A model generated the notes under the pieces. The model made no database searches. It was not told where the DNA came from and saw only the letters and a program-made list of their open reading frames with translations. The position numbers and the translations under genes are program-made. From NCBI GenBank assembly GCA_045863395.1, contig BTVJ01000119.1:1-19627 (forward strand): DNA of 19,627 nucleotides, given 5' to 3'. Position 1 is the stretch's first letter; the number at the start of each line of letters is the position of its first letter. This DNA comes from Myxococcales bacterium. GTDB lineage: Bacteria > Myxococcota_A > UBA9042 > JABWCM01 > BTVJ01. This document shows positions 11,969 through 19,627 of this stretch, piece after piece.

Positions 11969-13084
11969 ATGTCCGATCCCAAGAAGACCCCGGGCGGCGA
12001 CCTGCCGGACTTCCTCAATGTCGACCCCGGCGGCGGACCCTCGAAGCCTCAGCGACAGGACCCGAAGGCCGGCCCCGCCAAGAAGCCCGCGCCGGACAAA
12101 GATCTCGGCGCCGCCGGCGAGCTGCTGATGGGCAGCTCCGGGGGTCAGCAGAAGCGCGTGACCGACGCCGACATCGACGAGCCCTTCGAGCCCGAGCGCA
12201 AGTCCTGGGGCGGGATCGTCACAATCGTCCTGATGCTGGCCGTCGTGATCGGCGGCATCGTCTTCATCATGTCCAATGACAAGTTCAAGCAGGACATCGA
12301 GTGCTTCTTCTCCGGCGAGATCGAGAAGTGCAAGACCGCCGAGAAGAAGGAGCAGGAGGGCCAGTGGCGGGAGATCGATCAGATCACCGTCAACCGCTAC
12401 GGCTCGACGACCATCACCTACTCCCCGCAGGACGCCCGGGTGAAGCTCACCCAGCTCAAGTGGAAGGAGTCCATCGACGACTACGTGGGCCGCGTCAAGC
12501 AGGGTCGGGAGGACAAGCGCGGGGAGGCGGAGCGCATCGACATCCCGAACCGTACGTCGAGCCTCAAAGAGAAGGAGATCGTCGACAACCTCCCCCTCCA
12601 GGACCTGCCGCTGCTCGAGAAGAGCACGGACGCGGCCGGACCAGACACCGAGGTCTACACCTACGCCTATGAGATCACCATCGAGAAGGACGGCTACTAC
12701 CCGCGCTCCTTCCTCTTCATGACCGACGACATCCCCATCAAGGCGCCCGACGGCGTGCAGCCGTACAAGTGGGAGAACACGGGTCCCGGCGTGTTCATGG
12801 CGAACTTCGGGGGCTGCGACCTCATGCCCAAGCCGGAGACCGCGCGTCCCAAGATGATCGAGGCGCTGATCGCCATCAAGTGCCTGAAGGCGAGCCCGGA
12901 GGGCAAGAAGATGACGCCCGAGGATCTGGACATCCAGGTCATGTCCATCAAGCAGCAGAAGGGCTTCGTCAGCGACGAGTTCTGGACCGAGGTGGAGAAG
13001 GCGATCCGCGCCATGCCGCCCGTCGATGGCAAGGACCCGTGGGTCGCCGTGGAGGAGGAGGTCGCCGCCGGCGCGTGCGAGTGA
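11969..13084 (+). CDS. Hypothetical single-pass membrane protein with large extracytoplasmic domain (371 aa)
   Basis: Disordered P/K/D-rich N-terminus; TM WGGIVTIVLMLAVVIGGIVFIMS; five Cys; PEGA-like segment YEITIEKDGYYP. Strong GC3 bias; GAGGG SD before ATG 11969. Confidence 0.88.
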   Translation: MSDPKKTPGGDLPDFLNVDPGGGPSKPQRQDPKAGPAKKPAPDKDLGAAGELLMGSSGGQQKRVTDADIDEPFEPERKSWGGIVTIVLMLAVVIGGIVFIMSNDKFKQDIECFFSGEIEKCKTAEKKEQEGQWREIDQITVNRYGSTTITYSPQDARVKLTQLKWKESIDDYVGRVKQGREDKRGEAERIDIPNRTSSLKEKEIVDNLPLQDLPLLEKSTDAAGPDTEVYTYAYEITIEKDGYYPRSFLFMTDDIPIKAPDGVQPYKWENTGPGVFMANFGGCDLMPKPETARPKMIEALIAIKCLKASPEGKKMTPEDLDIQVMSIKQQKGFVSDEFWTEVEKAIRAMPPVDGKDPWVAVEEEVAAGACE

Positions 13085-13087
13085 CCG

Positions 13088-13531
13088 CTACTCCCGGCTG
13101 TCCAGCATCACGGTGACGGGCCCCTGGTTGACCAGGTGGACGTCCATCATCGCCCCGAACTCCCCCGTCTCGACGACCAGCCCCCGCTCCCGCAGCAGCC
13201 CGACGAAGCGGTCGACCAGCGCGCTCGCCGCCACCGGCTCCAGTGCACGTACAAAAGAGGGACGACGACCCTTGCGGCAGTCCGCGTGGAGGGTGAACTG
13301 GCTGACGGCCAGGACTCCGCCGCCGATGTCCTCCACGGAGCGGTTCATTTTGCCGTCCTCGTCCTCGAAGATGCGGAGCTCCGCGACCTTGCGGGCCGTC
13401 CAGGCCACGTCGGCCTCCGTGTCGCCCTGCCCAGCCCCGACCAGGACGAGGAGCCCGCGCCCGATGCTCCCCGTGACGCGCCCGCCCACCTCTACGCGCG
13501 CCTCGCTCACGCGCTGTATCAACGCCCTCAT
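13088..13531 (-). CDS. dtd: D-aminoacyl-tRNA deacylase
   Basis: [57 protein letters not shown] (Gly-cisPro motif). Confidence 0.98.
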   Translation of the reverse strand: MRALIQRVSEARVEVGGRVTGSIGRGLLVLVGAGQGDTEADVAWTARKVAELRIFEDEDGKMNRSVEDIGGGVLAVSQFTLHADCRKGRRPSFVRALEPVAASALVDRFVGLLRERGLVVETGEFGAMMDVHLVNQGPVTVMLDSRE

Positions 13532-13544
13532 GCAGGCCTCCTCG

Positions 13545-13574
13545 TTGACATTGCAGGAGTTGGGAAACTATCCT
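13545..13574 (+). promoter_or_regulatory. Putative sigma70 promoter for the proA operon
   Basis: TTGACA (13545-13550), 18 bp spacer, TATCCT (13569-13574). Confidence 0.6.
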
Positions 13575-13677
13575 CGAACCTGCGTGCCGGGGTCAACGCC
13601 GCTCGGGGGGCCAGCCCGGCGCTCGACGAACCGCCGCACCAAGGACCGCCCCCAACAGCCGGGGCACCAGGGAGCTG

Positions 13678-14931
13678 ATGACCACACTCGACGTCGCCGC
13701 CCTGGCCCGCGCCGCCAAAGAGGCGTCCCGGGCTCTGGGGTGCGCGAGCACAGCGGCCAAGAACCGGGCACTGGAGCACATCGCCCGCCTGCTCGCCGAG
13801 CAGACGCCTCACATCATCGCGGAGAACGAGCGGGACCTGTCGACCGGGGAGCGGCGGGGGCTCGCCGCGGCGATGCTCGACCGGCTCCGCCTGACGCCGG
13901 CGCGCCTTCTGGACATGGCGGCCGCCGTGCGCGAGGTGGCCGCACTGCCCGACCCGGTGGGCTCCATCGACGAGCTGCGGCGCCGCCCTAACGGGCTCAT
14001 GGTGGGGCGCATGCGCATCCCGCTCGGGGTCATCGCGATGATCTACGAGTCGCGGCCCAACGTGACCACGGACTCGGCGGCCCTGTGCGTCAAGAGCGGC
14101 AACGCGGTGATCCTGAAAGGGGGCTCCGAGGCCTTCCACTCCAACCGGGCCCTCGCGCAGCTCTGCCAGAGCGCGCTCGTCGAGGCGGGCCTTCCTCGGG
14201 CCGGGGTCCAGATGGTGGAGTCGACGGACCGGAGCGCCGTCCTGGAGCTGGTCCAACAGACGGGCCTCGTGGACCTGGCGATCCCCCGCGGCGGTGAGGC
14301 CCTCATCCGCTTCGTGACGGAGAGCGCCAAGGTGCCCGTCGTGCAGCACTACAAGGGGGTCTGCCACCTGTACGTGGACGCGAGCGCCGACCTGGAGATG
14401 GCGGCCCGGGTCGTCACGAACGCCAAGGTGCAGCGCCCCGGCGTGTGCAATGCTCTGGAGACGCTGCTGGTCAACGAGTCCATCGCGCCGGCCTTCCTCG
14501 CCGACCTGGTGCCGTCGCTCCACGCGGCCGGGGTCGAGGTGCGGGGTTGCGCGACCACCCGGGCCCTGGCGCCAGGGGTGGGCACCGCGACCGACGAGGA
14601 CTGGGCAGCCGAGTACCTGGACCTCATCCTGGCGATCCGGGTGGTGAGCGGGCTCGACGAGGCCATCGACCACATCCAGACTTGGGGGTCGGAGCACACG
14701 GACGGCATCCTGTCGCGCGACTGGGACCGCATCCGGGCCTTCGTGGACCGGGTGCAGTCCTCGGCGGTCGTGGTCAACACCTCGACGCGCTTCAACGATG
14801 GGAACCAGCTCGGCCTCGGCGCCGAGATCGGCATCAGCACGTCCAAGCTCCACGCGTTCGGGCCCATGGGCCTCACGGAGCTCACCACGCGCAAGTTCGT
14901 GGTATACGGAGACGGCCAGGTCAGGGAGTGA
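13678..14931 (+). CDS. proA: Gamma-glutamyl phosphate reductase (glutamate-5-semialdehyde dehydrogenase)
   Basis: PLGVIAMIYESRPNVT, KSGNAVILKGGSEA, IPRGGEALI, RPGVCNALETLL, NTSTRFNDG, LGAEIGISTSKLHAFGPMGL. Confidence 0.98.
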   Translation: MTTLDVAALARAAKEASRALGCASTAAKNRALEHIARLLAEQTPHIIAENERDLSTGERRGLAAAMLDRLRLTPARLLDMAAAVREVAALPDPVGSIDELRRRPNGLMVGRMRIPLGVIAMIYESRPNVTTDSAALCVKSGNAVILKGGSEAFHSNRALAQLCQSALVEAGLPRAGVQMVESTDRSAVLELVQQTGLVDLAIPRGGEALIRFVTESAKVPVVQHYKGVCHLYVDASADLEMAARVVTNAKVQRPGVCNALETLLVNESIAPAFLADLVPSLHAAGVEVRGCATTRALAPGVGTATDEDWAAEYLDLILAIRVVSGLDEAIDHIQTWGSEHTDGILSRDWDRIRAFVDRVQSSAVVVNTSTRFNDGNQLGLGAEIGISTSKLHAFGPMGLTELTTRKFVVYGDGQVRE

Positions 14932-14957
14932 CCTGCCAAGGAGTAGCAACGGACCGC

Positions 14958-15350
14958 ATGAACGAAAATCCACGCGACCTCGCCCTGCGCATCGCTGCGG
15001 CTGCCTGGGACAAGAAGGCCTTCCAGCTCAAGATCCTCGACGTCCGCAAGCTGGTGGACTACGCGGACTACTTCGTGATCTGCAGCGGGGCCTCGGACCG
15101 CCAGGTCAACGCCATCGCCGACTCCATCGAGGGGACCCTGATCCGCGACGGGCGCGTGAAGCCGCTCGGCGTGGAGGGGCGCTCCGAGGGGCATTGGGTG
15201 CTCCTCGACTATGCCGACGTGGTGGTGCACGTGTTCTACCAGCCCGTGCGCGACTACTACGAGCTGGAGCGCCTGTGGTCCGACGCAGAGGAGGTCCCCG
15301 TCGAGGAGCCCGAGTGGGTAGCGGCGGCCGCCGGCGCCATGTGGGACTGA
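14958..15350 (+). CDS. rsfS: Ribosome silencing factor (Iojap)
   Basis: DKKA...ILDV...ADYFVICSGASDRQVNAIAD...EG...WVLLDYADVVVHVF...RDYYELERLW; ATG 14958. Confidence 0.96.
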   Translation: MNENPRDLALRIAAAAWDKKAFQLKILDVRKLVDYADYFVICSGASDRQVNAIADSIEGTLIRDGRVKPLGVEGRSEGHWVLLDYADVVVHVFYQPVRDYYELERLWSDAEEVPVEEPEWVAAAAGAMWD

Positions 15351-15388
15351 CCCTGCGGCCTGGGGACGCCTGACCCCACGAGGGCTGG

Positions 15389-15859
15389 ATGCGCATCGTC
15401 ATCGCCGTCGCAGCGACCCTCAAGGACGCCGCCATCGAGGCCTCGGTGGCCGACTACCTGCGCCGCGCCTCCTTCGTGTACCGCTCCGATCTGATGCAGG
15501 TGCGCTCTGACGCCGTGCGACGTGGGCAGGACGTGGCGCGGGCGCGGGCAGCGGAGGGGGAGCGGCTGCTGAAGGCCACCGCCGACACCTGGACGCGCAT
15601 CGCCCTGGACGAGCGAGGCGACCTGCTGACCTCCCAGGAGTTCGCCTCCGTGATCGAGCGCGCGGCCATCGGGGCGGCGCCGGGCATCGCGTTCCTTATC
15701 GGGGCGCCCCACGGCCTGGACCCGGCCTTGGTCGGCGCGTGCTCCCGCTCCGTGGCGCTGTCGCGCATGACGCTGAACCACCAGCACGCCGTGCTGGTCC
15801 TCGCCGAGCAGCTCTACCGGGCCACGACGCTGATCACCGGGGCGCCTTACCACAAGTGA
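15389..15859 (+). CDS. rlmH: 23S rRNA (pseudouridine1915-N3)-methyltransferase
   Basis: ALDERG, FLIGAPHG, LSRMTLNH...LAEQLYRA...GAPYHK; conserved position after rsfS. Confidence 0.93.
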   Translation: MRIVIAVAATLKDAAIEASVADYLRRASFVYRSDLMQVRSDAVRRGQDVARARAAEGERLLKATADTWTRIALDERGDLLTSQEFASVIERAAIGAAPGIAFLIGAPHGLDPALVGACSRSVALSRMTLNHQHAVLVLAEQLYRATTLITGAPYHK

Positions 15860-15925
15860 GGCAACCGCCGCTCGTGAGGGTCGAGCCTGCACGCCAGGTT
15901 GGACCCCACCGTGGAGGTGCCCCCA

Positions 15926-16645
15926 ATGAAGCGCTTGAGCTGGGCTCGGCTCGGACGGGCCGTCCTCGACACCCTGGTTCCCCCCCGCTGCCTCGCCTGT
16001 GACGTGCTGCTGCTCGAGCCCGAGGAGGGCTTCTGCGCCCTGTGCAGGGCCTCACTCTGGGCGGTGGGCCCGGGCTGCGATCTGTGCGGCGTTCCCCTGG
16101 ACGGGCGCAGGTGCGCGGGCTGCGCAGCGGCGCCTCCACCTTGGGACGGCGCGCTCCAGGCGTTCGTGTATGGAGAGAGCATCCAGGCCGCCATCCTGCG
16201 CCTGAAGAGGCAGGGCGCCGCCCTCGCCGACGGCGCACGGCTGGTGCGCGAGGCCCGGACCGAGGTGGCTCCATGGACCCTCACGCCCGAGGTGGTGGTG
16301 CCGGTGCCGCTCCACCCGACTCGTGCCCGCCACCGCGGCTTCAACCAGGCCGCCCTGCTCGGAGCGCCCCTCGCGCGGGAGGCCGGCGTGCCGTTGGTCG
16401 ACGCCCTCCGCTGCACGCGGGTCGTCACCGAGCAGAAGGGGCTGGGCCGCGTCGAGCGCGCCCGCAACCTGGGTGGGGTCTACGCGCCCCACCGCCCGAG
16501 GGCCGTCAGCGGTCGCCGCGTCCTGCTCGTCGACGACGTGATCACCACCGGGGCGACCGCCCGGGCGTGCACGCAGGCACTCCGCGAGGCCGGCGCGGCC
16601 CGCGTGGAGGTGTGGGCGCTGGCCCGCGTGCTTCGGGAGAGCTAG
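15926..16645 (+). CDS. comF: ComF family protein (double zinc ribbon + phosphoribosyltransferase fold)
   Basis: Four CxxC pairs, VPVPLH..R...RGFNQA, LLVDDVITTGAT; GGAGG SD before ATG 15926. Confidence 0.92.
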   Translation: MKRLSWARLGRAVLDTLVPPRCLACDVLLLEPEEGFCALCRASLWAVGPGCDLCGVPLDGRRCAGCAAAPPPWDGALQAFVYGESIQAAILRLKRQGAALADGARLVREARTEVAPWTLTPEVVVPVPLHPTRARHRGFNQAALLGAPLAREAGVPLVDALRCTRVVTEQKGLGRVERARNLGGVYAPHRPRAVSGRRVLLVDDVITTGATARACTQALREAGAARVEVWALARVLRES

Positions 16646-16746
16646 GAGGCGAATGCCGCTGGCGCCGGACCCGCACAGCGCCCATGCTTGGAGGGGGCCC
16701 TGGAGACGACCGGGAGGGTCGTGACCCTCCCCACAGTTGACTTGTC

Positions 16747-19029
16747 ATGTGCAGAGCGCCTCACATCGCTGCCCTGCTTCTGCTCGCGTCGTGCGCCGAG
16801 CTGGACGAGCGGCGCGCCTTCTGGTCCGCCGCGCCGCCCCCTGCGCCCCCCCCCGACGAGATCCCGCTCCCGCTGGGCGGCGAGTGCCTGCTGCCCGAAC
16901 CGATCGTCTCGTGGAGCGAGGCGCCCGTGCCCGACGGGCCCCGGGACGCCGTGGAGGCGCTGGACGCCGGGGTCCCCACACTTCCAGCGGCGACGCGTGG
17001 GGCCGCGGAGGCGGCGGCCGCCGCCCTGGGCGCAGGACGCAATGACGAGGCGGCAGCGCGCTTCGCCGAGGTGGCGCGCACGCCCGTGCTCGCCGACTGG
17101 GCCCAGGGCCTGCGCGCAGAGGCCCTGCGGCGCGCGGGGCGGCTCGCTGAGTCAGTGGAGGCGGCCCGCGCGGTGCCGCGAGGGTCACCGCACGTGGGCA
17201 AGGCCGCCATCACCGAGGCGCGCGCGCTGCGCGCCATGGGCCGCTGGGAGGAGGCGGTCGCGGCGCTGCGGGCCCGCGACGGAGAGGACGCCGAGGGGCG
17301 GATGCTCCTTGCGGAGACGCTGGCGGCGCGCGGGCTCCGGGACGAGGCGGTGGACGAGCTGCTGGCCATCGACGCGCTCTTCCCATTCACGCAGGCAGCG
17401 ACCGAGGCCCTCGACCGGATCCTGGCGCTGCTCGGTCCCGAGCGCACCCCTCCGCTCGTGGCCCCTCGCCACGCTCGCTCGCTCGTCGCGAAGGGCAAGC
17501 AGCACTTCAACGCACACCGCAGCAGCCAGGCGGTACAGATCCTCGCGCGGGCGGCGAAGCTGCTCCCCCCGGGGGCGCCCCTGCGGTGCGAGGCCCAGCT
17601 CCTCGCCGCCCAGAGCTGGGACAAGCTGCGCAACAGGCCCGAGGCGCTCCCTTGGTACCAAGCGGCCGCCGCCGAGTGCTCGCGGTGGGAGCGGCTGCCG
17701 GACGTGCTCTTCGCGGGGGGGCGCGCCGCCTACCGTGACGGGCGCCTCGATCTCGCGCTGCGCTTGTTCGCGCGGCTTCGAGCCGAGTTCCCGACCCGGT
17801 CCACCAACGACGACGCGCTGCTCTACGAGGCGCACGTCCACGCCGAGCGCGGCGACCATGACGCCCGGGAGCGCGCGCTGCTCGCGATTCTCGACGGCGC
17901 GCCGGACGGGGACATGCGCCACGACGCCGCGTTCCTGCTGATCTGGGATCACTGGCGGGCGGGCGACGTGGCGGACGCGCTCGCGGCGGCGAACCGGGCC
18001 CTGGCTGCGGTGCCGGACACCGGGCCGCTCTGGTCCCACGGTCGCCTCCACTACTGGCGGGCGCGGGCGCTGGTCGCGCTGGGGAGAGCACCCGACGCCC
18101 TGGAGGACTACCGCCGCGTTCTCCAGGACTGGCCGCTCAGCTTCTATGGGCAGCTCGCGCTGGCTCGCATCGCGGAGCTGGATGGGCCGGGGGCGGTGCA
18201 GCGCGAGGTGGGGGCGCTGGAGGCCCTGGCCCGCTCCGAGCCGGGAATCGGGGGACGCGCTCCGGGCGGTGCCTGGAGCTCATCGGCATGGGTTCAAGGG
18301 GTGGCGCTGGCGCGCATGGGCCTGTATGACGGGGCGCGGCGCGCCTTCGGTGGGATCCCGGGAGCGAGCGAGGAGGACGCCGAGTGGATGCTCGCGCTCC
18401 TCGCCGACCGCAACGGCGCCGTGACCGTGACCGTCCCCATCGCGCGCCGCCTCCAGGAGGGCCTCTTCAGGCGTTACCCGGCCGGTGCCCACCGCGTCCG
18501 CTGGCAGGTCGGCTACCCCCGCCCCTTCGAGGATCTGGTGCACAGGGCAGCGGGTGCGGCTGGCGCCCCGGAGGAGCTCGCCTACGCCATCATGCGCGAG
18601 GAGAGCGGCTTCCATGTGCAGATCGAGAGCTGGGCCAACGCGCTGGGGCTCATGCAGCTCCTGCTCCCTACGGCGCAGTGGGTGGCGACGGCGGGAGACG
18701 GTCGCATCGACCGGAGCGCCCTGCTCCAGGCGGGACCGAACATCGCCCTCGGCACGCGCCTGCTCGGGCGGCTGCTCCATCGCCTGGAGCACCCGGCGCT
18801 TGCCGTAGCCGCCTACAACGCCGGGGAGTCCTCGGTGCAGGGGTGGCTGCGGGAGCGTGGGGCCATGCAGCTCGACGAGTTCGTGGAGGCGATCCCGTTC
18901 GTCCAGACCCGGCGATACACCATCCGCGTCATGTCCACCTGGGCAGCCTACCGGACGCTCAGGGATGGCGCGCCGCCGCTGCTCGACCTGACGCTCCCTC
19001 CGGCGAGCCGCTTTGCCAAGGGGCAGTGA
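16747..19029 (+). CDS. Slt-family lytic murein transglycosylase with TPR-like superhelix, probable lipoprotein
   Basis: Lipobox LLLAS-C16; long Ala-rich TPR-like region; SLT motifs AIMREESGF, ALGLMQLL, AAYNAG, VEAIPFVQTRRY. Confidence 0.92.
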   Translation: MCRAPHIAALLLLASCAELDERRAFWSAAPPPAPPPDEIPLPLGGECLLPEPIVSWSEAPVPDGPRDAVEALDAGVPTLPAATRGAAEAAAAALGAGRNDEAAARFAEVARTPVLADWAQGLRAEALRRAGRLAESVEAARAVPRGSPHVGKAAITEARALRAMGRWEEAVAALRARDGEDAEGRMLLAETLAARGLRDEAVDELLAIDALFPFTQAATEALDRILALLGPERTPPLVAPRHARSLVAKGKQHFNAHRSSQAVQILARAAKLLPPGAPLRCEAQLLAAQSWDKLRNRPEALPWYQAAAAECSRWERLPDVLFAGGRAAYRDGRLDLALRLFARLRAEFPTRSTNDDALLYEAHVHAERGDHDARERALLAILDGAPDGDMRHDAAFLLIWDHWRAGDVADALAAANRALAAVPDTGPLWSHGRLHYWRARALVALGRAPDALEDYRRVLQDWPLSFYGQLALARIAELDGPGAVQREVGALEALARSEPGIGGRAPGGAWSSSAWVQGVALARMGLYDGARRAFGGIPGASEEDAEWMLALLADRNGAVTVTVPIARRLQEGLFRRYPAGAHRVRWQVGYPRPFEDLVHRAAGAAGAPEELAYAIMREESGFHVQIESWANALGLMQLLLPTAQWVATAGDGRIDRSALLQAGPNIALGTRLLGRLLHRLEHPALAVAAYNAGESSVQGWLRERGAMQLDEFVEAIPFVQTRRYTIRVMSTWAAYRTLRDGAPPLLDLTLPPASRFAKGQ

Positions 19030-19179
19030 GCCCTGAGCGCAGCGCCTGGGCCAGATCCTCGATGCGGAGGCTGGCTGGTCACGGGTCGGTAAGCGCCGAG
19101 CGGAGGGAGGTCAGGTGACGGGGGGCGAAGGGCCCCTCGGGAGAGGACGCTACGAGGGAGTGACCAAGCGCGTCCGCCG

Positions 19180-19627
19180 TCAGGGCAGCGGCACCACGTT
19201 GTCGACCCAGGACTTCATGGTGCCGGGGCTGCACCCGAACTTGTACTGGCCCTTGCCCTTACCGAGGAGGTCCAGGATCTGGGAGCACGAGCAGCCGCCG
19301 GTGTCCTCGAGCGTGAAGGTCTGAGTGGCCCCCTTGCCCTTGCCGCCGCTCGCCTGGAGGAAGACGCCGTCGGGCCCCAACGCGTAGTGGTTGGGGAGGA
19401 GCGTCAGCAGAGGGGCGGTCTCCACGGCCGTGCCCGGGCAGTAGTCGTAGCCGTCCGGGATGCCGTCCTCGTCCGCGTCGGCCCAAGGTGCGTCCGGAGC
19501 GTCATCGTCGCCGGACTCGTCTCCGGGCTCATAGTCGTCGCCCGGCTCCAGAGCTCCACCGGGCTCCGTGGTGTCGCCGGGCTCGTCGCCGGGCTCGTCG
19601 CCGGGCTCGTCGCCGGGCTCGTCGCCG
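19180..19627 (-). CDS. Partial CDS (3' end): acidic GDEP-repeat linker, TSP3-like Ca-binding motif and small Cys-containing C-terminal domain; probably exported
   Basis: Open frame from the window edge: (GDEP)4 GDTTEP...DADEDGIPDGYDYCPGT...FTLEDTGGCSCSQILDLLGKGKGQYKFGCSPGTMKSWV; stop at 19180-19182. Confidence 0.82.
   Translation of the reverse strand, partial: GDEPGDEPGDEPGDEPGDTTEPGGALEPGDDYEPGDESGDDDAPDAPWADADEDGIPDGYDYCPGTAVETAPLLTLLPNHYALGPDGVFLQASGGKGKGATQTFTLEDTGGCSCSQILDLLGKGKGQYKFGCSPGTMKSWVDNVVPLP
19573..19627. repeat. Perfect 12-bp coding tandem repeat (GTCGCCGGGCTC), 4 full copies plus a partial copy cut by the window edge
   Basis: Units start at 19573, 19585, 19597 and 19609, with a partial unit at 19621. 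Encodes EPGD on the minus strand. Confidence 0.95.

Noticed and set aside
11669..11983. The two divergent membrane proteins both begin M(T/S)DPK
   Set aside because: Only five residues with no further similarity; likely coincidence.
14445..14957. N-terminal extension of rsfS in the ORF track (similar extensions for glmU from 2985, comF from 15899 and the Cys-repeat gene from 9333)
   Set aside because: The extensions overlap upstream genes or promoters; downstream ATGs match the family N-termini or signal peptide, most with SD motifs.
13528..14973. 481-aa antisense ORF
   Set aside because: Shadow of proA.
19119..19139. 8-bp GC hairpin between the convergent slt and repeat-protein genes as an intrinsic terminator
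   Set aside because: No U-tract on either strand, and short GC stems are common by chance here.
19573..19627. CRISPR array
   Set aside because: Contiguous 12-bp units without spacers, in frame within a CDS; no cas genes.

Overview
A GC-rich bacterial window whose protein style suggests Myxococcota/Deltaproteobacteria (inference). The housekeeping backbone is glmU-glmS-uvrD/pcrA, dtd, and proA-rsfS-rlmH-comF-lytic transglycosylase. There are three accessory or uncharacterised parts. (i) At the left is a decayed AAA-ATPase/PD-(D/E)XK-type pseudogene, divergent from an intact Schlafen/AlbA_2 + GHKL-like gene. (ii) Just upstream of the glmU promoter is a 164-bp MITE-like element with 14-bp terminal inverted repeats, a TGA direct repeat and a multibranched fold with a cUUCGg tetraloop; it sits inside a further pair of inverted repeats. 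(iii) In the middle is an uncharacterised envelope-associated block: a secreted protein with two 4-Cys repeats of identical spacing, a Ycf46-like AAA+ ATPase, a single-TM coiled-coil protein and a divergent single-TM protein. Both ends hold partial genes: a GT2-like C-terminus, and an acidic repeat/TSP3-like protein. No rRNA, tRNA, CRISPR array or transposase was seen.
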